64,000 bases of DNA, taken from assembly GCA_028287465.1 (NCBI GenBank), contig JAQBPO010000033.1, forward strand, positions 4,688-68,687. The letters are read 5' to 3'. The DNA comes from Fibrobacterota bacterium (GTDB lineage: Bacteria; Fibrobacterota; Fibrobacteria; UBA11236). This document shows, one piece after another, positions 57,078 to 64,000 of the stretch (position 1 is its first letter; the number at the start of each line of letters is the position of its first letter). A program made the position numbers and the translations under genes. The notes beneath the pieces were generated by a model. It was not told the DNA's origin, made no database searches, and saw nothing but the letters and a program-made list of their open reading frames with translations.

Positions 57078-58568
57078 CTAGCGAGGTTCGGAGACGGGAA
57101 CGGGAAAGGCGAAGTTGACGCCCCGTTTCGAAAGGAAGGCGTTTCCCGCCGCCAGCTCCTCCCCGTTGAAGAACCGGCAGAAGTAAAGCAGTACGGGATA
57201 GAGCGCCACGATGAAGGATTTGCAAACCAGGGAGAGGATGACCGATTGCCCGGGTACGAAAAGCGAACCCGCGTAAAGCCCTCCCGCCAGGAGGAAAAGG
57301 ATCCCCACCCTCCGCAACTCGAACTGGATGGGATGCAACCTCTGGGCCATGACATAGGTGGCGACCGTGATGTACAGGTAGGACAGGGTCGTCGCCAGGG
57401 CAGCTCCCATCCCGTGCATCCTCGGGATCAGGAGGAAATTGAGACCGAGGTTCACGGCCGCCGCGGAAGCCATGATCACGGCGATGACCTTGGTTTTTTT
57501 CTGGAGGAGGATCCCGTAGTTGAAGTGGTAATAGAAACCGTTGAGCACGTAGCCCAGCACCACCAAGGGGACGAAGGTGGCCGCCACCCTGAACGCCGGG
57601 GTCGCCACTATGGCCAGGATATCGGTGATGAAGGCGCACAGGATCAGGGCGCCGAAGAACAGGACGATGCAGAAGTAGGTGAATACCCGGGAGCAGGTCC
57701 GGTCCGCGTCCGGATGGCTGGAAATCTCGAACCGCTTCGCGGACCAGGCCGTGAGGAAGGGGCTCGTGATCAATACGGCGACCAGCATGCTCATCTTGTA
57801 ACCCAGGGAATAATTCCCCACGTCTTCGAGGGTGGAATAGGCGTTCAGGAAGTATCGATCGGAAAAGGTGATGATGAAGGTGCTGAAGCCCGAGAAGATG
57901 AGGGGGAACCCGTAACCCAGGAGCTTCTTGAGCTTGGCCGGCGAGAAGGCGAGGCCGGTCATGGACAGGGTCTTGCTGAAGATGAATATCCCCGTCGCCG
58001 CGGCCGTCAGCACGCCGCTGTACAAGATCCCGGCGACCCCCATCCGGAGCACCACCACGAAGAGGATATTGAGGGAAAGGCCCATCAACAGCCTCGCCGT
58101 GGAAATCCCGACGTACCACAACGCCTTCTGCCGCACCTGGAAGAAGACGAGGCAGTCCTCGATGAGGAGTTGGAAGAAGATGCTCCCGAACACCACCATG
58201 AGGAACTTCCCGTTGTTCGGGTGCTTGAAAAGCAATTCCGAGATCCGCGTGGAGAAGGGCAGGAGGCAGGCGACCGCGATGAAGGAGGTCGCGCCCACGA
58301 AGAGCAGGGCCGTGGAAACCAGTTCATGGCGCTCTTCCACGTTCTCGTAGTCGTAATAGAAACGGATTATCGCGCTGCTGACGCTGAAGCCGACCCACAT
58401 GGTGATCACGTAGGCGGTGAGGTCGAGCATCTCCATGGTCCCGTAATCGCCCGGGGTGAGATAGCGGGTGTAGATGGGGATCATCAGGAAGCCGATGAAC
58501 CGGCTCAGGATGTTCGAGAAGCCGTAGATGGACGAGTTTTTGACCACCTGGCCGAAGACGTTGCTCAT
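57078..58568 (-). CDS. Wzx-type flippase (MOP superfamily) 3
   Basis: ~497 aa from ATG 58568 (MSNVFGQVVKNSSIYGFSNILSRFIGFLMIPIYTRYLTPGDYG), a typical Wzx N-terminus. Confidence 0.7.
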   Translation of the reverse strand: MSNVFGQVVKNSSIYGFSNILSRFIGFLMIPIYTRYLTPGDYGTMEMLDLTAYVITMWVGFSVSSAIIRFYYDYENVEERHELVSTALLFVGATSFIAVACLLPFSTRISELLFKHPNNGKFLMVVFGSIFFQLLIEDCLVFFQVRQKALWYVGISTARLLMGLSLNILFVVVLRMGVAGILYSGVLTAAATGIFIFSKTLSMTGLAFSPAKLKKLLGYGFPLIFSGFSTFIITFSDRYFLNAYSTLEDVGNYSLGYKMSMLVAVLITSPFLTAWSAKRFEISSHPDADRTCSRVFTYFCIVLFFGALILCAFITDILAIVATPAFRVAATFVPLVVLGYVLNGFYYHFNYGILLQKKTKVIAVIMASAAAVNLGLNFLLIPRMHGMGAALATTLSYLYITVATYVMAQRLHPIQFELRRVGILFLLAGGLYAGSLFVPGQSVILSLVCKSFIVALYPVLLYFCRFFNGEELAAGNAFLSKRGVNFAFPVPVSEPR

Positions 58569-58739
58569 CGCAATGCCGCCGGCGGAAGGCGCTCGGGGAA
58601 GGATCGAGAGTGGAGAAGATCCGGGATGCCCATCAGACATGCTAAGATAAACATTATGCCTTGCGGCATCCGGGCCTGAAGCTTCCCGGGATGCCCTGTA
58701 CGGAACGGAGGGATTGGTAATTTTATTAATTTACTGGGC

Positions 58740-59867
58740 ATGCGTCATCCACATGTCACCCATCTCGTCCTGGGCCTGCCGCTCGGGGGCACGGAAAGGC
58801 TCGTGGAGCGGATGCTGCGGACGCCGCCCCCGTCCTTCCGGGCCTCCTGCGTCTGCCTGGACCTGATAGGCCGCCTGGGCGATTCCTTGCAGGCCGACGG
58901 CGTTTCGGTGACCCTGATCGATCGGAAACCTGGCTTCGATTGGTCGCTTCCCTTCCGTATCGCGAGGTATGCCTCAAAAAACGGTGTGGATATCCTCCAT
59001 TGCCACCAGTATACCCCCTGGTTCTACGGCGCGCTCGCGCGCCTGTTCCGCCCTTCCCTGCGGATCCTTTTCACCGAGCACGGACGCTTCTATCCGGATA
59101 TCCCCTCCCGGAAGCGCAGGTTCGTCAACCGTATCCTGGTCCGCCTCACCGACCGCGTCAGCGCCGTCTCCCCTTCCGTCAAGGATGCCCTGGTCGAGGT
59201 GGAGGCCTTCCCCCCCGGGAAAATCCAGGTCGTTTTCAACGGCATCGAACCGCCCGCGGCCGGAAACGCCGATCGGGGGAGCCTGCGCGCCCGGTTCTCC
59301 CTGAAGGCCGATTGGACCTATTTCATCCTTTGCGCCCGGTTCGATCCCATCAAATGGATCCCCGGGCTCCTCGAAGCCTTGCGGATCGTGGTCGACGCCA
59401 GCCCGGCCAGCGGGCTGATCCTGGTCGGCGAGGGGCCGGAGGCCGAAGCCATCCGCGAAAAGATCCGGGGGTTGGGCCTTGCGGATCATGTGGTCCTGCC
59501 CGGGTTCCAGGAGAACGTCGTCGAGTGGCTCCGGGCCGCCGATGTGTTCGTCCTGAGCAGCCTGAGCGAGGGAACCAGCGTCAGCCTGCTGGAATCCATG
59601 GCGGTCGGCATGCCTTCGGTGGCCACGAGGGTCGGAGGCAATCCGGCGGTGATCGAAGACGGCCGCACCGGTCTGCTCGTACCTACCCGGGATGCCGTCG
59701 CGCTCGGGGCCGCCATGCTGCGCCTGGCGAGGGATCCCGGAGCCCGCGACGCCCTGGGACGCGAAGCCGCGGTGCGATTCAATGGGATGTTCAGGTTTTC
59801 CAGGATGATGGAAACCTATAATGCGATATACATGGAATTGAAGGACGGAAAGGCGACCGCGCGATGA
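58740..59867 (+). CDS. glycosyltransferase family 4
   Basis: 375 aa. GT-B fold with C-terminal EX7E-type block (SSLSEGTSVSLLESMAVGMPSVATRVGG). Confidence 0.8.
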   Translation: MRHPHVTHLVLGLPLGGTERLVERMLRTPPPSFRASCVCLDLIGRLGDSLQADGVSVTLIDRKPGFDWSLPFRIARYASKNGVDILHCHQYTPWFYGALARLFRPSLRILFTEHGRFYPDIPSRKRRFVNRILVRLTDRVSAVSPSVKDALVEVEAFPPGKIQVVFNGIEPPAAGNADRGSLRARFSLKADWTYFILCARFDPIKWIPGLLEALRIVVDASPASGLILVGEGPEAEAIREKIRGLGLADHVVLPGFQENVVEWLRAADVFVLSSLSEGTSVSLLESMAVGMPSVATRVGGNPAVIEDGRTGLLVPTRDAVALGAAMLRLARDPGARDALGREAAVRFNGMFRFSRMMETYNAIYMELKDGKATAR

Positions 59868-60487
59868 GGGCCATGGCCAAGGCCATTGCCCGGGGATGTT
59901 CCCGCGTTGCGGTTTTCCCCATCTGGCTATGCTACCTTCTCCAGGGTCTCCTGGGCGGGAAGGTCACGGCCTTCTACGGATACTCCCAATTGATGAGCCT
60001 GTTCCCGGGAACTTCCGGCGATTATCTCCGTTACGCTTTCTACGGTTTGACCCTTCCCAGGTTGGGCACGGATGCCTGCATCTGCTTCGGGGCCACCCTG
60101 TCCCATCCGGGTATCGAGATCGGCGAGAAGGCCTATATCGGTCCCTTCTGCAATCTCGGTTTGTGCTCCCTGGGCGATCATGTCCTGCTGGGGACGGGCG
60201 TCCATGTGATGAGCGGTTTCGCCCAGCATGGGATCGCCGATCTGGAGATCCCCATACGCGAGCAACCCGGGACCATGGTGCGCGTTTCGATCGGCGAGGA
60301 TTGCTGGATAGGCAACAAGGCCGTCATCGGGGCCGATGTCGGGCGGAAGTGCGTGGTGGGCGCCGCTTCCCTGGTCAACAGGGAATTGCCGGAATATTCC
60401 GTCGCCGTCGGGAATCCGGCGCGCGTATTGCGATCGAGGAAGGAAGACGGGACGGATCCGCTGCGCGACGTCCCGCTCCATGCCTGA
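59864..60487 (+). CDS. hexapeptide-repeat (LbH) acetyltransferase
   Basis: 207 aa. Left-handed beta-helix hexapeptide repeats (IGEDCWIGNKAVIGADVGRKCVVGAASLV). ATGA overlap with the upstream GT4. Confidence 0.7.
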   Translation: MRAMAKAIARGCSRVAVFPIWLCYLLQGLLGGKVTAFYGYSQLMSLFPGTSGDYLRYAFYGLTLPRLGTDACICFGATLSHPGIEIGEKAYIGPFCNLGLCSLGDHVLLGTGVHVMSGFAQHGIADLEIPIREQPGTMVRVSIGEDCWIGNKAVIGADVGRKCVVGAASLVNRELPEYSVAVGNPARVLRSRKEDGTDPLRDVPLHA

Positions 60488-63095
60488 AGCCATCCGCATC
60501 CCCATCCGCCTGACCGCCGACCCGTCCGCATCGGGTCCCAGGCCCGTCCGGATCGGGATCCCCCTGCCCCGCGCGGCCCTCGCCGATATCGGCCGCCTCG
60601 CGCTGCGCGACCCTTCCGGTCTGGAGGTCCCCTGCGATGCGCAATCCCTTTCCCGATGGCCCGACGGCAGCCTGAAATGGATCCTGCTGCGATTCCTCGC
60701 GACCGGGGATTCCAACGGGACCGGATACGCGCTTTCCCTTGACGGGCCCGTGGGCCCGGCCGATCCGACGACCGGTCCGCTCCGCTGGTCGGATGCGGGC
60801 GCGGCTTTCCATATCGAAACGGGAGCGGCCCGCTTCACCGTTCCGAAAGACGGCCTCCACCCTTGGGGACAAGTCGAGATCGGGTCCGAAGCCTTGCTGG
60901 AAGCGCCTGCCGCGGCGGCGCCTTCGCCACTCAGGGGAATGCGGGATGAACCCCTCCGCTTCAAGCACCTCCGCGGCCGGGTCGAATTCTCCGGCAAGGT
61001 GGCGCTCGACCTCGCCATCGAAGGAACGATCGTGGACGCGGCCGGCAAGGAGTTCTGCCGCGCCGCCAGCCGGATCACCTTCTATGCGGGCACCGCCCTT
61101 TCCCTGGCGCGCATCACCTTGTGGAACCCGCGGGCGGCGCGACACGCAGGCGGCCTTTGGGATCTGGGGGATCCCGGATCCGTCCTCTTCAAATCCCTTT
61201 CCCTGCCCATCCGCTTCGCGCCCACGCCGGGCATGGCGGGCGGCCTTTCGCTCGATCCCGATTCCGACGGGGTGATCGCATGCGATGGGACGGCCGATCT
61301 TTTCCAGGGATCGTCCGGCGGAGCGAATTGGCGCAGCCGGAACCATGTGGATTCCCGCAACGAGGTGCCCCTCGATTTGGCCGGCTATCGGCTTACCAAC
61401 GGCGCATCCGCGGAAACGGGCGCCCGGGCCAACCCGGCCGCGCTCATCAGGCATCGGGCCGGGACCGCCGCGTTTTCGCGGGAGCATTTCTGGCAGGCCT
61501 TTCCCAGCCGGATCGCCGTCACCGACGCATCCGTGACCCTGGAGCCCTTTCCGGATCTGGGCGGAAAGCCCCATGAACTCCAAGGCGGGGAGAAGGCCGT
61601 CTTCTCCCTATGGGCGGACTTCCTCACCGACCCCGAACGTCCCCGGGCCGCGCTCTCCGCCGCCAGGCGGCCCGTTGCGGCGATCCCCGACCCGGAATGG
61701 ATCGCCGCCTCCGGCTGCGTCGGGGGCGTTACGACTCCATCGGCGGAGGAGGATCCCTTTTTCGCCGGGCTGGAATCGGGTTGGATCTCCGGTCCCCATT
61801 CGGTATTCGCGCTCCGCGAGGAATACGATGAATACGGATGGCGCAACTTCGGGGAAGTGCCGGCCGATCACGAGAAGCAGCATTACAAGGGACGATGGGA
61901 GTTCGTCTCCCATTACAACAACCAGTACGATCTGGTGCTGTCCTTCCTGCGCGAGTCCCTGCGGACCGGCGACCCGCGCTGGCGCGCCCTGGGCGACGAT
62001 CTGGCCCGGCACGTGGTGGACCACGACCTGTACCATACCCAAGCGGACAAGCCGGCCTACAACGGCGGGTATTTCTGGCATACCGCGCATTACGCCCATG
62101 CCGGAACGGCCACGCACCGGACCTTCTCCCGTCATTGCATGGAAGGCGGCCCATTGCCCGCCGGGTTCGGCGGCGGCCCTTCCAACGAACACAATTACAC
62201 CTCCGGGCTCCTGCTCCATCACTGGCTCACCGGGGATCCGGATTCCCGCGAAGCCGTCCTGATGCTGGCGCGCTGGGTCCGGGACATGCAGGACGGTTCG
62301 CGCACGCCCTTGCGTTTCCTTAGCCGCAATCCCACCGGCCTGTCCACCTGCACCCGTCATCTGGATTTCCAGGGACCGGGACGGGGAGCCGGGTATTCGG
62401 TGAATGCGTGCCTGGACGCATACGCATTGACCTCGGATCCGGATTGGATGCGCCTCGCCGAGGACTTCATCCGCACCTGCATCCATCCCGGGGACGATTG
62501 CTCGGCCATGGGCCTGCTGGATCGCGAGAACCGGTGGTCCTACGTCATCTTCCTCCAGATCCTGGCGAAATACCTGGACGTCAAGCTGGGCCTCGGCCAG
62601 ATGGACGCGGCCTTCCGTTACGCTCGCGCCTCGCTTCTGCATTACGCGGATTGGATGGCGGAAAAGGAAAGCCCGAACCTTTCCGATCCCTCCCAATTGG
62701 AATACCCAACTTCTACCTGGGCCGCCCAGGACCTGCGGAAATCGGACGCGCTCTTTTCCGCCGGACGTTTCGCCGAACCCGGAAAGGACCGGCGGTATTT
62801 CGAAAAGGCGGATTTTTTCCGGGCGCAGGCGAAGCGATACCTGGAAGGGTTCGAGGACCGGGGCTCGGTGCGCAACATGGCCATACTGCTCTACTCCCTG
62901 CCCGCCTGCAGGGAACGGGAAGCCGGAGGCCTGCGGTCCCTGGATCTGGGGCCCGTGGCCGGACCCTTCCCGGCGCGCGTCTCCCTGGTGCCCCAGAAAA
63001 TCCAGTTCCTGCGCAACGCCAAGGCGATCGCGAAAACCGGAGGCCTGGCGGCGGCCTTCCTGTTTTTCCGTCATATCCGTAACCGCTGCCGCTGA
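60480..63095 (+). CDS. large hypothetical protein (871 aa), no signal peptide; possible polysaccharide-modifying or -degrading enzyme
   Basis: From ATG 60480 (MPEAIRIP), overlapping the acetyltransferase stop by 8 nt. Aromatic/His-rich central region. No family assigned. Confidence 0.5.
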   Translation: MPEAIRIPIRLTADPSASGPRPVRIGIPLPRAALADIGRLALRDPSGLEVPCDAQSLSRWPDGSLKWILLRFLATGDSNGTGYALSLDGPVGPADPTTGPLRWSDAGAAFHIETGAARFTVPKDGLHPWGQVEIGSEALLEAPAAAAPSPLRGMRDEPLRFKHLRGRVEFSGKVALDLAIEGTIVDAAGKEFCRAASRITFYAGTALSLARITLWNPRAARHAGGLWDLGDPGSVLFKSLSLPIRFAPTPGMAGGLSLDPDSDGVIACDGTADLFQGSSGGANWRSRNHVDSRNEVPLDLAGYRLTNGASAETGARANPAALIRHRAGTAAFSREHFWQAFPSRIAVTDASVTLEPFPDLGGKPHELQGGEKAVFSLWADFLTDPERPRAALSAARRPVAAIPDPEWIAASGCVGGVTTPSAEEDPFFAGLESGWISGPHSVFALREEYDEYGWRNFGEVPADHEKQHYKGRWEFVSHYNNQYDLVLSFLRESLRTGDPRWRALGDDLARHVVDHDLYHTQADKPAYNGGYFWHTAHYAHAGTATHRTFSRHCMEGGPLPAGFGGGPSNEHNYTSGLLLHHWLTGDPDSREAVLMLARWVRDMQDGSRTPLRFLSRNPTGLSTCTRHLDFQGPGRGAGYSVNACLDAYALTSDPDWMRLAEDFIRTCIHPGDDCSAMGLLDRENRWSYVIFLQILAKYLDVKLGLGQMDAAFRYARASLLHYADWMAEKESPNLSDPSQLEYPTSTWAAQDLRKSDALFSAGRFAEPGKDRRYFEKADFFRAQAKRYLEGFEDRGSVRNMAILLYSLPACREREAGGLRSLDLGPVAGPFPARVSLVPQKIQFLRNAKAIAKTGGLAAAFLFFRHIRNRCR

Positions 63096-63097
63096 AT

Positions 63098-63130
63098 CCC
63101 GGCCATTCCGGCGGCCACCCGCTTTTTTTA
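63098..63130 (+). terminator. putative intrinsic terminator
   Basis: GC-rich dyad (GCGG-CCAC-CCGC) followed by TTTTTTT at 63123-63129, just after the stop at 63095. Confidence 0.35.
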
Positions 63131-63141
63131 CCATTTGCGGA

Positions 63142-63169
63142 TTGTAACCGCCTCCATTTGGCCTATAAT
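63142..63169 (+). promoter_or_regulatory. sigma-70-type promoter
   Basis: TTGTAA-N16-TATAAT, with a perfect -10 at 63164-63169. GGAGG RBS at 63179-63183 and ATG at 63189. Confidence 0.45.
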
Positions 63170-63188
63170 GGTGGTTGGAGGTATTTCA

Positions 63189-64000
63189 TGCGATTCCAAA
63201 AATCACTCTTCCTGACCGCAGTCCTGACCATGGCCGGAGCCCTGAATCCCGTCCGCGGCCAGACCTGCGTCGTCTGGACCGACACCCACACCAAAACCGT
63301 GGAAGCCAAGCCCGGCGACAACCTGGGTTCGATCGTGCAGCAAGCCGCATCCGGGACCACCATCCTGCTCGCGCCGGGCACCTACAAGGTGGCGGCGACC
63401 CTGCAATTCACCAAGGACGACGTGACGATGCGGTCCAAATCCGGAAACCGGGGGGACGTGATCCTGGACGGTAACGGCGGTGGTACCCCGCTCCAGGCTT
63501 CGAACTTCATCGGCGAGATCGTGGCCGTATCGGCCAACAACGTCACCCTCGCCGATTTCACCATCCGCTACGCCAAATACCACGGCGTCCACGCCTACCC
63601 GCCCGGCGCGAAGAACATCACCGGGGTCAGGATGCGCAACCTGCGCATCTACGATTGCGCCGAACAGCAGATCAAGATCAACTCGAACGGGAGCACCCCC
63701 AGCTATTGGGTGGACCTGGGGATCCTGGAATGCTCGCTCATCGAGTTCGTCGACAATTCCGTGATGGAGCCTCTGGGGGACGGATTCTACACGGGAGGGA
63801 TGGACGTGCATGGGGGGCAGGATTGGATCGTGCGGGGAAACACCTTCCGCAACATCCAGCGCAACGGCGCCCTGATGGAGCATGCCGTCCACTTCTGGAG
63901 CAAGTCCCGCGGCACCCTGATCGAGGGCAACCGGTTCGAGAACAACTTCCGGGCGATCGGCCTGGGGATGAAGACGGAACCGACGGCCGTCGACAGGAAA
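63189..64000 (+). CDS. secreted right-handed parallel beta-helix (pectate-lyase-fold) protein, partial (C-terminus beyond window)
   Basis: No stop before the window end. Signal peptide MRFQKSLFLTAVLTMAGA. NVTLADF, IRYAKYHGV and VRMRNLRIYDC beta-helix-type repeats. Confidence 0.55.

Noticed and set aside
55606-58119. N-terminal 838 codons of the 1254-aa minus-strand ORF 54355..58119
   Set aside because: Only the C-terminal 416 aa (C-methyltransferase, with AAGGAG SD before ATG 55605) is real. The upstream part runs in a stop-free alternate frame through the pyruvyl transferase and flippase genes.
1-64000. Mobile elements, prophage, tRNA/rRNA
   Set aside because: No transposase, integrase, terminal-inverted-repeat or tRNA-like structures were noticed on reading. 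Absence is by inspection only, not by tRNAscan or ISfinder.

Overview
This is a GC-rich bacterial chromosomal segment; third codon positions are almost always G or C, and several long antisense shadow ORFs result from that. Most of the window is a large accessory polysaccharide (EPS/capsule-type) biosynthesis locus built around an XrtA/PEP-CTERM exosortase system. The first ~8.9 kb holds (i) a TetR-regulated RND tripartite efflux operon (tetR, TolC-like OMP, MFP lipoprotein, AcrB-like pump running off the window start) and (ii) a tightly coupled four-gene operon (CMD/AhpD-like, FAD oxidoreductase, radical SAM with C-terminal Cys-rich twitch/SPASM-like region, metallophosphoesterase) convergent with an OsmC gene. 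From ~9.2 kb to the window end the sequence encodes: two full-length fused Wzc-type BY-kinase/co-polymerase paralogs; one Wza-like export protein; about 11 glycosyltransferases (GT4 and GT2); one Wzy/O-antigen-ligase-family polymerase; three Wzx/MOP flippases; two polysaccharide pyruvyl transferases; two acetyl/acyltransferases; a PIG-L deacetylase; the nucleotide-sugar enzymes RfbF (CDP-glucose) and UGDH plus UXS-like decarboxylase (UDP-xylose route); a DegT aminotransferase; a class IV aminotransferase; a C-methyltransferase; and a PhyH-like dioxygenase. The regulatory/sorting core is wzc2-prsK-prsR (minus strand) divergent from prsT(TPR)-xrtA-epsI, followed by one monocistronic PEP-CTERM substrate gene. 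That gene has a recognisable sigma-54 -24/-12 promoter and is bracketed by intrinsic terminators. The locus ends with an 871-aa hypothetical protein and a secreted beta-helix protein. I saw no rRNA, tRNA, CRISPR array, transposase or integrase. All coordinates were derived by hand from the ORF track plus my own reading of the sequence; family assignments rest on recognisable motifs, not on database searches.
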